59,816 bases of DNA from a virus, in the IMG/VR virus record IMGVR_UViG_3300002140_000076, one strand, 5' to 3'. Below the pieces are notes generated by a model. That model searched no databases. It was given only the letters and a program-made list of their open reading frames with translations, and was not told where the DNA came from. The translations under genes were made by a program, and so were the position numbers. Every line of letters starts with the position of its first letter. Position 1 is the first letter of the stretch. Positions 45,199 through 54,252 of the stretch are shown piece by piece.

Positions 45199-45423
45199 CT
45201 AGAAGTTTATATTGTACTCTATAGATACTGGGACTGTATCTGTGAATTCTTTCCACAACAGTATCTCGTCATTTTTCTCAATCCAAATCTTTATATACAT
45301 TGTATTGATATCTAACTTTATCAGGTGTATTTTATAAGACGAGCCAAGCACCTGCTGACCCACTATGTAGTGCATCGCTCCAGACTTGTAGTCTGGTCCT
45401 ATAGATATTTTTCTAATATCCAT
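45199..45423 (-). CDS. Hypothetical protein (74 aa)
   Basis: Tiled ORF, 1 nt from the upstream fibre-like gene. Confidence 0.5.
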   Translation of the reverse strand: MDIRKISIGPDYKSGAMHYIVGQQVLGSSYKIHLIKLDINTMYIKIWIEKNDEILLWKEFTDTVPVSIEYNINF

Positions 45424-45424
45424 A

Positions 45425-46219
45425 TTAGTTTAATTTCTGTATATAAATTGAAGCGGAAGGAATGGACGACCATGCAGAAGCTGATTGAGTAATTAAACTA
45501 CCCTGATTTACTCCTGCTAAATCTCTCATTATCTCAAAAGTACCAACTGTTGCAGGAGATGTAACCTCTATAAGTTCAGATGTTTCTAAAGGTAACATTT
45601 CATTTGTATTAGTTAAATCAACTCCTTTTGTTATTCCATGCTGTAAAGAATTAACTAAAAATCTATATAAAAAACGACAAAAACCACCATTACTACCTAT
45701 TCTTTGAACATTTGCATATCCGCTTAAGAAATAAGTACCAACTTCATTAAATCGAATAAGTCCATATTCATCAATTTGCACAGGATCAGAAACAGTACCT
45801 TGCGCAGATCCAAATGTTACCTGAAGAGGAACTCCTAATCCAGAAGGAATCTGATTAACAAAAGATGACGCTTTTAACACTGAGGTTAAATTTACTGGCT
45901 GTACAGGAATATCAATCCATTCTACATTTGTTCCAACAGACGATAAGACCTGACCAGTTGTTCCTGAAAGTCCACTTTCATCTGTTAATGTTCCAATAAC
46001 AGCTAATTCAGAGAATGTACTAACCCCAGATAGTGTGATATCTTGAGCTGATGTATTTCCAACAGACAAGACTTCATCTAAAGTAGATGCTGGAGTTAAT
46101 CCAACTATATCAGATATTAAATAGTTACTTGTTACTCCAGATCCATCTTCATCAGTTCCTATAACTTTATCTAATAAGCTTGGAGTTTGATCTAATGGGT
46201 ACGTACTAATCTTTGCCAT
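45425..46219 (-). CDS. Tail fibre-like protein (264 aa)
   Basis: The N-terminus MAKISTYPLD is shared with ORF 50149..50871. It also has the fibre-typical motif SGLSGTTGQVLSSVGTNVEWIDIP. Confidence 0.6.
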   Translation of the reverse strand: MAKISTYPLDQTPSLLDKVIGTDEDGSGVTSNYLISDIVGLTPASTLDEVLSVGNTSAQDITLSGVSTFSELAVIGTLTDESGLSGTTGQVLSSVGTNVEWIDIPVQPVNLTSVLKASSFVNQIPSGLGVPLQVTFGSAQGTVSDPVQIDEYGLIRFNEVGTYFLSGYANVQRIGSNGGFCRFLYRFLVNSLQHGITKGVDLTNTNEMLPLETSELIEVTSPATVGTFEIMRDLAGVNQGSLITQSASAWSSIPSASIYIQKLN

Positions 46220-46466
46220 TTTCTTTTTCTTTTTCTACGTATTCAGAATTTTTTACTTCTCCTGTTTGAATATTAATAACTGAATCCTTTCCATATTTCT
46301 CAATAAGTAAAGCTTCCTCTGTAGAGTATACTTTTTTCAATTCATCTACTTCTTTCATCAATGAGCTTTGTGCCATAACTGTATCAGCAAGCTTCATTTT
46401 TGTTTCATTAAAATCACTTACTAATTTTCTAAATGACTCTAACTCTTGTTCTGATAATTTTATCAT
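46206..46466 (-). CDS. Small coiled-coil protein (86 aa)
   Basis: Overlaps the start of the downstream fibre gene and is preceded by a TATCTTTG box. Confidence 0.5.
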   Translation of the reverse strand: MIKLSEQELESFRKLVSDFNETKMKLADTVMAQSSLMKEVDELKKVYSTEEALLIEKYGKDSVINIQTGEVKNSEYVEKEKENGKD

Positions 46467-46496
46467 AATAATTTATTTAATTTGAATTTAATATCA

Positions 46497-46504
46497 CAAA
46501 GATA
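46497..46504 (-). promoter_or_regulatory. -7 promoter box TATCTTTG, within the 14-nt block ATCACAAAGATAAT shared with 50888..50901
   Basis: CAAAGATA on the plus strand, 30 nt upstream of the ATG at 46466. Confidence 0.45.
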
Positions 46505-46535
46505 ATACAATATTTCTTTTACTTATTTTATACAC

Positions 46536-47081
46536 CTACTTTAAAATATAAATTAATAATCCACTGAAAATTGCACTACCTATTAAGGCTAAGTTTTTTT
46601 GTCGCTTAAACTTTTTTAAATCTCTGTCCCTATCCTCAATATCTATTTGCAGAGAGTTTGTCTCTATTTCTTGAAACTCGATGATTTCCTTTAAACCGAG
46701 TATCGTTTTGTCCTGCATGAATACAACGCTTTCTAATGTCTTAACTTGCATCCGTTGCACTTCGATAAGGCTATCCTGAGTAACAACTATTGTAATGGTA
46801 TCTTTGCGCTCTTTTGCTTGTAAGATTTGAGTAACTAAATTGGTATTTTCCCGTTTAAGCGGTTTTAATTCCGCACGTTTAATTTCGGTCTTTGCCTCTA
46901 TTTCCTTAACCTCTTCTTTGCGCTCTTTAATCTTCTCCTTTATAACCTTGTCTTGTATTGGTTTTTCACATTGCTTACAGTTGGAAATATAACCCAACAA
47001 AAAAACCACACAAAATAATATGAACCATCTTAAAGTGTTCATTGTCCATTTTATCTTATATAAACCAGTTGACCTCATCAT
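46536..47081 (-). CDS. Membrane-anchored coiled-coil protein (181 aa; alternative start at 47042), a unimolecular-spanin-like candidate
   Basis: The N-terminus has the signal-like RWFILFCVVFLLGYISNC with a Cys. The centre is a charged coiled coil. The C-terminus has a TM helix, LALIGSAIFSGLLIYILK. Confidence 0.5.
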   Translation of the reverse strand: MMRSTGLYKIKWTMNTLRWFILFCVVFLLGYISNCKQCEKPIQDKVIKEKIKERKEEVKEIEAKTEIKRAELKPLKRENTNLVTQILQAKERKDTITIVVTQDSLIEVQRMQVKTLESVVFMQDKTILGLKEIIEFQEIETNSLQIDIEDRDRDLKKFKRQKNLALIGSAIFSGLLIYILK

Positions 47082-47091
47082 AATGTTATAT

Positions 47092-47099
47092 CAAAATTA
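47092..47099 (-). promoter_or_regulatory. -7 promoter box TAATTTTG
   Basis: CAAAATTA on the plus strand, 10 nt upstream of the ATG at 47081. Confidence 0.35.
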
Positions 47100-47132
47100 A
47101 GTAATTAAAGTTTTCTAAAATCTACATCAATT

Positions 47133-47468
47133 TTATCTTTTTCTGCACTCCCCTAGTACCTTTGATAAACTACCTCCTGTGTATTGACGATATCCACTAC
47201 TATCAAGATAGTAGCCAACATCTGCTTCTGTACCGCCACAGATATCAGAGTAGAGGGTTCCACTTGTTTCATCATGGAAATATGTAGAAGTTCTCTTTTC
47301 GTCACAAATTACTTTCACATCATCTGCATATATAAATGTGTATTCAACGCATGTAATCGCAGGAGGTGTTGTTTTTCCACTTATTTTAGAAATGGAGCTT
47401 TTTAATGTTGGTCCTACTTTAGATATTGATTCAAATAAAACACCAGATACTTTAGTAATATCAGCCAT
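47133..47468 (-). CDS. Hypothetical protein (111 aa)
   Basis: Tiled ORF downstream of a fibre gene. Confidence 0.5.
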   Translation of the reverse strand: MADITKVSGVLFESISKVGPTLKSSISKISGKTTPPAITCVEYTFIYADDVKVICDEKRTSTYFHDETSGTLYSDICGGTEADVGYYLDSSGYRQYTGGSLSKVLGECRKR

Positions 47469-47495
47469 ATATTTATTGTTTATTTTAAATATGCT

Positions 47496-48599
47496 TTATA
47501 GTTCTACCCAAGTATTATCAGGCTGGAATCTTATTATGACACCTCCAGTAATATCTGAAATATTATGCCCTATCAATCTAACAACCTCACCAGTTGCTGT
47601 TGGAGCTGTTTCTGTAATATCTCCAGCTGAACCAACACTGGATGTTTCTATATATAAAGGTGCGCCTACTGTGACTGAACCAGCTTGTGCATGTTCTTTT
47701 GTTATAATAATTCCATCTAGTAATACTGCAAGTGATCCTGCAGCACTAACCGTATCTAATGCAATGCCTAATAGTGGGGTAGAAGATGCTGTGGCATTAG
47801 CATCTGCTAATTCCCAAGTCCCATTTGATCTCAGATAAAGTAGTTGTCCTTTTGTTATGTCTTCTCCAGCAGTACATTTTTCTAAAGTTTGTCCATTGTA
47901 TTTAAAACTAGATACCCAACCACTTTCAATTGCAGGTAGGTCTGTTATTGAACTAATACCGTCCGCTGGAGTGTACCCAAATGCTGTCCCATCTGCATTA
48001 CCCGCATATAGTGAAGTTCCAGTAAAGCTGAGATTATTGTTAGTGGTTTTAATAGTACCATTTACCTCCAATTTAGCTCCAGGTGTTATTGTGCCAACTC
48101 CTACATTACCAGAATCTAAAATTGCCAATTTATTAGAGTTACCAACTCTAATATAAACAGCACCTCCAGCGTCTGTGTTTAAAATTGTTTCATTATTATA
48201 TTTTAAGAATGAGAAATTAGTAAAATCAGCAGTGATATTGCCAAACCATATACCACGACCAACTGCATTTGGCGTTGCAGGTTGTCCAATCCTTATTCTA
48301 TTTGATGTTGCTGAAGTTGGATTTGTTATAAAATCTCCATTTACCTCTAATTTAGCTCCAGGTGTAGCGGTATTAATCCCTACATTAGTTCCATTGTCAA
48401 ATATTTGAGAGTTCCCTACCGATGTTGCTCCAGTAAACTTAGACACGTAGTTTGTTGTGCCTGTACCCGAAACATAACTAGACAAACTAACCCAAGCTAC
48501 ATTTGTGCCGTTAGACGAAAGAACTTGACTGCTCGACCCTATTGATCCAGAAGAATCTTTCAAGCCAGCCTGTACCTCTATATTATTTTTAAACTTCAT
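47496..48599 (-). CDS. Tail fibre-like protein (367 aa)
   Basis: The N-terminus has GLKDSSGSIGSSSQVLSSNGTNVAWVSL. There is an internal duplicated unit, G(I/V)(N/G)T(A/I)TPGAKLEVNG. Confidence 0.65.
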   Translation of the reverse strand: MKFKNNIEVQAGLKDSSGSIGSSSQVLSSNGTNVAWVSLSSYVSGTGTTNYVSKFTGATSVGNSQIFDNGTNVGINTATPGAKLEVNGDFITNPTSATSNRIRIGQPATPNAVGRGIWFGNITADFTNFSFLKYNNETILNTDAGGAVYIRVGNSNKLAILDSGNVGVGTITPGAKLEVNGTIKTTNNNLSFTGTSLYAGNADGTAFGYTPADGISSITDLPAIESGWVSSFKYNGQTLEKCTAGEDITKGQLLYLRSNGTWELADANATASSTPLLGIALDTVSAAGSLAVLLDGIIITKEHAQAGSVTVGAPLYIETSSVGSAGDITETAPTATGEVVRLIGHNISDITGGVIIRFQPDNTWVEL

Positions 48600-48602
48600 T
48601 CA

Positions 48603-50123
48603 TTATGCTATTTTTTGAGCTAATACTCTAATTGGATTTGTTGGAGCTGAAGCAAATGTTATAGCTGCTTGTGTTGTAGATGTTCTAGACACATCAGCGT
48701 AAACAGTTTCTCCTGTAACAGTATCAACAAGCTGAATCATTACATCATTTGCTGTAGATGCTGTGAATGAATAAGTAATAGTGCCACTTACAGATATTGT
48801 AGTTGCGTATGATGATGTTGCACTAGTTCCAGATTGTGATATTGTTACTGTATCAGTTCCTGCGTTTGTTGTTATAGCTACACCTGAACCAGCTGCAAAT
48901 GTTAACGTATCATTATTGTTACCAGCAACAACAGTAGACTGACCCGATACTGCGACATTTTTAAATATAGACTGGGAAGAACCCAAGTCAGTATTCGTTA
49001 CAGTAGCAGTTCCGTTACTATACGAAACACTTGTACCTGTACCTGCGTTTACATTCCCAATACCAACGACAGATAATGACGCAACATCAATATTGTTTTG
49101 AACAGTTGTCCAATCAGCCAAAGTTGTTGGAGAGTCAATCTCAGCGATTATTACATCACCAACCCTAACCTGCTCAGTGAAAAACAATCCATCTACCGTA
49201 ACCGTATATGTCCAACCTTTCTTTATACCTGCAATTGGAGTAGAGTCAAGATTAGGGGTATTAGTAGCTGCATTATATCCTCCTTGATATATTAATCCTC
49301 CAGCAACTGAAGAGTCAACATAAGCCTTTACAGCTGCCGATGTAGGTAATGCTGTATCAACATCATTATTAGCTATGCCTTCTGATGAAGTAATTACAGC
49401 TACTGGGTTAATCATTGCAAAGTCAACTGCGCCTGCTGCTATTGTTGTGGTAATTGAAGTCGTTCCCGTCCCTGTTACATCTCCAGTAAGAGTTACTGTT
49501 TGAGGAGTATTAACTGGAATGGTAACAGTCTTTAGGTTTAAAGATGTTAGGTGACCAGTTGAATTAGTTGTAACGCTATCAACGGCAGTAAATGTTCCTC
49601 CTGACGCTGGGGATGTAGACGATGTTGTGTCAGACCTAGATGTGGTATTGTGGGCAACAGTTAATGTGTCAGTTGCACTCGCTGTAGTAGTTATATACGT
49701 ACCTCCAGCAATTGTTGCAGTGTCACCCGAACCAATAGTTTGAGGAGTCCCAGCACTACCTGTCAATGTCCAACCAGAGTAACTGCTGACAGCTGCCCAT
49801 GTATTATCACCTCGTAAGAAAGTTAATGAACTTGGAGTCCCAGTTGCACTCAAAGATGCTGTAAGAGTGCCTGATGTTGTGATTGGACCACCTGCTATAC
49901 TAACAAATGTGCTTGAGCCACCACCAACACTAGTTACCGTTCCTCCACCTCCACCAGTAAGTTCTATCCATACTGATCCATTATAATACTTAAACGTATT
50001 ACTTGTAGTATTGATTATGATTTGACCAAGGTATCCAGCTGGATCAGATCCTAGCTGCTGAAGGGAGGCATTCTGTAATTGATTCCCTTCTAAGGATATA
50101 TTGTTTAAATATTTAATAGCCAT
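48603..50123 (-). CDS. Tail fibre-like protein (506 aa), T/S/G-rich
   Basis: The N-terminus is LEGNQLQNASLQQLGSDPAGYLGQIIINTTSNTFKYYNGSVWIEL, followed by a G5 hinge and long T/S/G-rich beta-type sequence. Confidence 0.65.
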   Translation of the reverse strand: MAIKYLNNISLEGNQLQNASLQQLGSDPAGYLGQIIINTTSNTFKYYNGSVWIELTGGGGGTVTSVGGGSSTFVSIAGGPITTSGTLTASLSATGTPSSLTFLRGDNTWAAVSSYSGWTLTGSAGTPQTIGSGDTATIAGGTYITTTASATDTLTVAHNTTSRSDTTSSTSPASGGTFTAVDSVTTNSTGHLTSLNLKTVTIPVNTPQTVTLTGDVTGTGTTSITTTIAAGAVDFAMINPVAVITSSEGIANNDVDTALPTSAAVKAYVDSSVAGGLIYQGGYNAATNTPNLDSTPIAGIKKGWTYTVTVDGLFFTEQVRVGDVIIAEIDSPTTLADWTTVQNNIDVASLSVVGIGNVNAGTGTSVSYSNGTATVTNTDLGSSQSIFKNVAVSGQSTVVAGNNNDTLTFAAGSGVAITTNAGTDTVTISQSGTSATSSYATTISVSGTITYSFTASTANDVMIQLVDTVTGETVYADVSRTSTTQAAITFASAPTNPIRVLAQKIA

Positions 50124-50148
50124 AATTTATTTTTTTACTTATTTTTTT

Positions 50149-50871
50149 TTAATTGCAAAATGCTTGTCCTGAAAATTGAGATGTAAACGAAATAGTACAC
50201 TGGTTCAAATCATCATATGTTACATTACCAAATACAGATGTTCCAGCAGAATCTACTACGCTTACGGAACAATACTTATTTAGGTTGTGTGGTATGACCC
50301 AAGTAGAAGAAGCTACGTTTTGAGTATACACAAAGTTTTTATCCCCTTCAATTGGTATTATTGAATCAGCCTGAAAAAGCGATATAAGGTAATCCTTCCC
50401 ATCCACAAGACCCCCAGAAGACCCCATGTGAGTTAAACCTATATTATAAAAATCTAACTCAGTAATGTCTTGAGTGGAACTATCCCACATATATATAGCC
50501 CAATTTGAAATATTCTCCGCATCAGTCACAAGAACATACGATCCAATTAATGGGTTCGTATAGAACGTATGTACATCAGAAGAATTTGAATACATACTAA
50601 GCATCCAAGTTGTAATGCTTGAAAACAGAACAGTATTCCCTATCGATGGATTAAATGAAATCGTACTAGGTTCTCTATCCTCTCCAACCAATACATCCTG
50701 ATAGGTATATCTTAGAGACTGAGATTGGATACTAGCAGAAGAATTCAAATACGCAGCAACCTTATCAACAGTAAAGTTTTTAGTAGCACCATAAGACTGA
50801 GCATCTGACCCAATCCATTTATCGTCTCCTTTTATATCTTTGTCTAACGGGTATGTGCTTATTCTTGCCAT
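50149..50871 (-). CDS. Tail fibre / adaptor-like protein (240 aa)
   Basis: The N-terminus MARISTYPLDKD...WIGSD is paralogous to MAKISTYPLDQT...VIGTD of ORF 45425..46219. Confidence 0.6.
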   Translation of the reverse strand: MARISTYPLDKDIKGDDKWIGSDAQSYGATKNFTVDKVAAYLNSSASIQSQSLRYTYQDVLVGEDREPSTISFNPSIGNTVLFSSITTWMLSMYSNSSDVHTFYTNPLIGSYVLVTDAENISNWAIYMWDSSTQDITELDFYNIGLTHMGSSGGLVDGKDYLISLFQADSIIPIEGDKNFVYTQNVASSTWVIPHNLNKYCSVSVVDSAGTSVFGNVTYDDLNQCTISFTSQFSGQAFCN

Positions 50872-50891
50872 TTAGATTCTTAATTTAATCA

Positions 50892-50899
50892 CAAAGATA
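50892..50899 (-). promoter_or_regulatory. -7 promoter box TATCTTTG
   Basis: CAAAGATA on the plus strand, 20 nt upstream of the ATG at 50871 and just downstream of a terminator. Confidence 0.45.
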
Positions 50900-50920
50900 A
50901 TGCTTTAAATTAAATATTTT

Positions 50921-50953
50921 AAAAATAAAAAACCCCACATTTTACTGTGGGGT
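50921..50953 (-). terminator. Rho-independent terminator after the lysis cassette
   Basis: The minus strand reads accccaca-gtaaaa-tgtggggt followed by ttttttattttt. Confidence 0.7.
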
Positions 50954-51005
50954 AATAAAACATACATCAAAACAATTAATTAATAACAATTATACAAATA
51001 TAATA

Positions 51006-51593
51006 TTAATTTTCTTTAATACAACAAACAGATATTAAATCTTTTTTTCCTTTAAAAGCTGGAACAAGAATGTTCCAATAAAAAAACGCATCATTCATAA
51101 CCATACAACCAACCGACCAGCCGCCAATAATCCAAGTCAATAGCTTACTTTTATTGGTGTAGCTATTAAAGTGAATATTCGTGTACGCAATTTCTTCATA
51201 AACCTTGCCCTTTTCATCGCTTTTAAGGTCTTTATTTCCGTCACGGTAATACTTCATAGGTTTGACTTGTCTAAGTGCGCCCATCTTGCCTCTATGGAGT
51301 CCGTATTGATAAGTATCATAATACCACTCGTCAAACTTTATTATAGCAGTTCCTTTGCTGTTCCATTTTTTAAAGTTAAGTAAACCGTATGTCCCTGAAT
51401 TGGTTGTGCATGAAGTGACGGCTCGACACTTATAACCGTTCATAAAATACAACTTGTCATCGTACTTGTTCGGCTCATCTTCGTTAGATCTAACAAACAA
51501 AAGCCAGTAACCTTTCGGTATATCCTTGAACCCATTTGTTTTTCGAGCCGAATTTATCAAGTCAGCATCTGAATAGTTCCTTACGTTTGTCAT
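51006..51593 (-). CDS. Putative endolysin (195 aa) with a YkuD / L,D-transpeptidase-like H...SxGC motif
   Basis: NIHFNSYTNKSKLLTWIIGGWSVGCMVMND resembles the His...Ser-x-Gly-Cys catalytic signature. It lies directly downstream of a holin-like gene. Confidence 0.45.
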   Translation of the reverse strand: MTNVRNYSDADLINSARKTNGFKDIPKGYWLLFVRSNEDEPNKYDDKLYFMNGYKCRAVTSCTTNSGTYGLLNFKKWNSKGTAIIKFDEWYYDTYQYGLHRGKMGALRQVKPMKYYRDGNKDLKSDEKGKVYEEIAYTNIHFNSYTNKSKLLTWIIGGWSVGCMVMNDAFFYWNILVPAFKGKKDLISVCCIKEN

Positions 51594-51595
51594 AC

Positions 51596-52048
51596 CTATT
51601 TTTGCAATTTTTCCTTAATGTTTTTTAATTTCATTAAAGCACCTATTGACTCCATTGCTCTTGACGATAAACTTTTACCTGTAAGAATTTTGAATCGAAT
51701 ATTTATTATCATAGCCTCATAAACCGTTATAAGCAATGCTGCAAATCTAGTAACGATAAAATGCTTAGATCCAAAAAATGACAATAGATGAATATCTGTT
51801 GGATACATCAAAACCAATATAGCAAGGTAGGCAATTACGAATTTAAAAAAAAATTGTCCAGAATCCTTATACATTTCGCATTTTGTACCTCTGCTTTTTT
51901 TGGACCTATGAACAATAAGTACATCAAGAGTGAATCTAAATGTTATTATTAATAACACAACCAGTAAGGTTGCATAAATCGGTGCATAAAAAGCCAAAAG
52001 TGAGGTCATAAGACCTGCAGAAAAGTTGAAAAAAATAGTTGTTTTCAT
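51596..52048 (-). CDS. Holin candidate (150 aa, multi-pass membrane protein)
   Basis: Three to four hydrophobic helices (GLMTSLLAFYAPIYATLLVVLLIITF, FFFKFVIAYLAILVLMY, FAALLITVYEAMIINI) and a charged C-terminus. Lies next to the lysin candidate. Confidence 0.6.
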   Translation of the reverse strand: MKTTIFFNFSAGLMTSLLAFYAPIYATLLVVLLIITFRFTLDVLIVHRSKKSRGTKCEMYKDSGQFFFKFVIAYLAILVLMYPTDIHLLSFFGSKHFIVTRFAALLITVYEAMIINIRFKILTGKSLSSRAMESIGALMKLKNIKEKLQK

Positions 52049-52200
52049 TACTGTTCTTTCAATGCGTTGAGTTCAGCGTATATCTTTAAAAGTTGCGCTT
52101 CCTTTTCTGCAATTTGCTCTTCTAATGTTGGTCCGTCTATTTCGATAAATTTAACTTCAAAGAGTCCATTATCATCGTACATTTCTTGTCTTACTTGCAT
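52048..52200 (-). CDS. Small coiled-coil ORF (50 aa, below the track cutoff)
   Basis: Hand translation gives MQVRQEMYDDNGLFEVKFIEIDGPTLEEQIAEKEAQLLKIYAELNALKEQ*. It has a TAATG overlap with the holin start. Confidence 0.4.
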   Translation of the reverse strand: MQVRQEMYDDNGLFEVKFIEIDGPTLEEQIAEKEAQLLKIYAELNALKEQ

Positions 52201-52206
52201 GTTGTT

Positions 52207-52905
52207 TTATTGTTTTTGAATTAATATAGCTGGATAAGGACCTGAAGAAAAAGTGTTTACAGCAGCAACAGCTGGAGCACCACTTGAATAAACTGATGCA
52301 AGTTGTCTAAAACCTGAAACATTAAGAAGACTGGCAACTCCAATAGGTATTAAGTCACTGGCAGCGTGACCAGCAACCCCCACTGTACAATCAGCTTGAA
52401 AAGCCAACCAATAGACTTCACCAGCCGAAAAGTTAAATGTATTTACTGCTGATTTAAGACCGCTTGTAGACATGTCTAAATCAGCTGAAGCATATAGCAA
52501 CGAGCCTGGTCTACCATCGTTTACATTTGGGTTAGCATTGTCATATACCGATATTCTTCCTAATCCACTTGCGACTGTATTTTGAATATTAACACTAAAA
52601 GATACCGAAGTCAAATTAACCATTGGTATATATTGAATGTATAATATTTCATCAACAACCATTGTCTTCAATTGTAGATTACCTCCCGTTACTGCTGCCG
52701 TTGTTGGAAAGTTAAATAACCCTCCTACATTAGGGCTATTCAGTCCACTTAACACACTACCCACAGCAAAATCTTTTATCTCTTGACCTGTTACGCTATT
52801 ACTTGAAAATAAACCGCCCCCCAAATCTACAGATACCTCAACTAAGTCAGTAGCAGATAAGCTAGACCCTTTAGGTATTAATTCACTTATTTTTTTGTTT
52901 GCCAT
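52207..52905 (-). CDS. Tail fibre-like protein (232 aa)
   Basis: The N-terminus MANKKISELIPKGSSLSATDLVEV is a common fibre N-terminal pattern. It lies in the fibre cluster. Confidence 0.55.
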   Translation of the reverse strand: MANKKISELIPKGSSLSATDLVEVSVDLGGGLFSSNSVTGQEIKDFAVGSVLSGLNSPNVGGLFNFPTTAAVTGGNLQLKTMVVDEILYIQYIPMVNLTSVSFSVNIQNTVASGLGRISVYDNANPNVNDGRPGSLLYASADLDMSTSGLKSAVNTFNFSAGEVYWLAFQADCTVGVAGHAASDLIPIGVASLLNVSGFRQLASVYSSGAPAVAAVNTFSSGPYPAILIQKQ

Positions 52906-52907
52906 TT

Positions 52908-53042
52908 TTATTCTATTACTCTATTAATACCATCCTCTGTAACCCTTACATTAGAGTCTTCAGTGACCCTGTAGATACCCAAGTTTAACCCATTTATATT
53001 AATAAATGGTATGCCGTTTCCTATGCCAATTCCTAGTCCCAT
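52908..53042 (-). CDS. Tiny ORF (44 aa, below the track cutoff)
   Basis: Hand translation gives MGLGIGIGNGIPFININGLNLGIYRVTEDSNVRVTEDGINRVIE*. It exactly fills the gap between two genes. Confidence 0.3.
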   Translation of the reverse strand: MGLGIGIGNGIPFININGLNLGIYRVTEDSNVRVTEDGINRVIE

Positions 53043-53046
53043 AATA

Positions 53047-53310
53047 TTACCAAAGAGCTACAATGTCGCTAGCAACTGTACCAGTAGAGAAAACACGCAA
53101 TACTTGTATAGGTAAAAATGAACCACCATATATGTTTTTAAAAGTAACATCATCACCAGCAACTGTTAAAACTCTTAAGTCACCACCAGTTCCAACGTAT
53201 AAAACACACCCCTCGTTAGGTGTCTCTAAAGAACCTGGGTTTGGTATGTCTACAGTGTCACTCAAGACAACTGGTACAGCTCTATTGATTTGTAATTTTT
53301 GATTTGCCAT
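53047..53310 (-). CDS. Small beta-rich structural protein (87 aa)
   Basis: Tiled ORF in the fibre cluster, with the pattern LYVGTGGDLRVLTVAGDDVTFKNIYGGSFLPIQVLRVFSTGT. Confidence 0.55.
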   Translation of the reverse strand: MANQKLQINRAVPVVLSDTVDIPNPGSLETPNEGCVLYVGTGGDLRVLTVAGDDVTFKNIYGGSFLPIQVLRVFSTGTVASDIVALW

Positions 53311-53311
53311 G

Positions 53312-53331
53312 TTTATTTATTTATTTATTTA
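53312..53331. repeat. (TTTA)5 tetranucleotide repeat forming the whole intergenic spacer
   Basis: Read directly. On the coding strand it is (TAAA)5, containing the stop of 53329..54231 and ending 1 nt before the next ATG. Confidence 0.9.
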
Positions 53332-54231
53332 AAAATGTTCTACGATTCTTACTCTATTAATAGTAGCTGAATCAGCAATGCCTGTTCTTAGTATTGCAAA
53401 AATAATGTATAAATCAGCAGTTGGATCAATAGTAACTTGACTTCTAACGTTTTGTGATGCACCAAGATCATTACTGGCTTGATAATTAAAATTATAACCG
53501 TATATTGTATTTCCAATTTTTTGAAAATCTCTTATATTTCTTGTCCACCCTCCATCATTTTGTTGATTAGCACCAGTTCCAATTCTAGTTGCGCCAATTA
53601 ATGAATTGGTTGTATTAACATAAACTTGTGATTGTACTATGCCAGAAGTACCAACTCTATATGTACCCCATGATGTCTCTAAAATTGAATTAGTTGCAAG
53701 TGTATTTGCAGGAACTAAAATACTACCAGAAATTTGTGATGTGGAACCATTTCCTCCTGTAGTGGTTGTCCCCTCTACAATAGATCCTAAGTTTGCTAAC
53801 CCAGCAACTACCCCATTTACACCAGGTACACCTTGTATACCTTGTGGTCCAGCAGCTCCTTGACTTGCTAATAAAGCCCAGTCAGTAGTATTAATATCTG
53901 GAGTTACAGCTGAAGAAGTTGGATTAATGCAAAACCAAGATGCACCACCAAAACTTACAGCATCATCTAAAACATATGATGTGCCTCCAACAAAAGCTCC
54001 TTGCCAGTTTAACCCAGCTGGTCCTACTGCACCGTCTACCCCCTGAATACCTTGAGCACCTGTTTGTCCTACTGGACCTTGAGGACCCTGAGCACCAGCA
54101 GGTACAGTATCTAATATGTCTTGCATTGTATACGGCTCAGTCTCAGAGTTTATCTGTGCTGATTTCTTCTCTACTAGATTTACAGTATCTGCAATTCCAA
54201 TGAATCTTGTTGTTAATGGTATATTTGCCAT
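53329..54231 (-). CDS. Collagen-like tail fibre protein, paralog B (300 aa)
   Basis: Has G-X-Y runs GAQGPQGPVGQTGAQGIQGVDGAVGPAG and GAAGPQGIQGVPGVNG flanking a W..G.F....Y..DD.V..GG..W carbohydrate-binding-like unit. The N-terminal ~145 aa are closely paralogous to paralog A, identical from about residue 31. Confidence 0.8.
   Translation of the reverse strand: MANIPLTTRFIGIADTVNLVEKKSAQINSETEPYTMQDILDTVPAGAQGPQGPVGQTGAQGIQGVDGAVGPAGLNWQGAFVGGTSYVLDDAVSFGGASWFCINPTSSAVTPDINTTDWALLASQGAAGPQGIQGVPGVNGVVAGLANLGSIVEGTTTTGGNGSTSQISGSILVPANTLATNSILETSWGTYRVGTSGIVQSQVYVNTTNSLIGATRIGTGANQQNDGGWTRNIRDFQKIGNTIYGYNFNYQASNDLGASQNVRSQVTIDPTADLYIIFAILRTGIADSATINRVRIVEHF
53822..54146. repeat. 325-bp near-identical direct repeat, copy 1 (partner at 54971..55295)
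   Basis: Constant offset of 1149 bp. Only one mismatch was noticed by eye (agcagctcc versus aacagctcc). Confidence 0.9.
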
Positions 54232-54236
54232 GCTTA

Positions 54237-54252
54237 TTTATTTATTTATTTA
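54237..54252. repeat. (TTTA)4 tetranucleotide spacer
   Basis: Read directly. It spans the stop of 54250..55380 and runs towards the ATG of 53329..54231. Confidence 0.9.
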
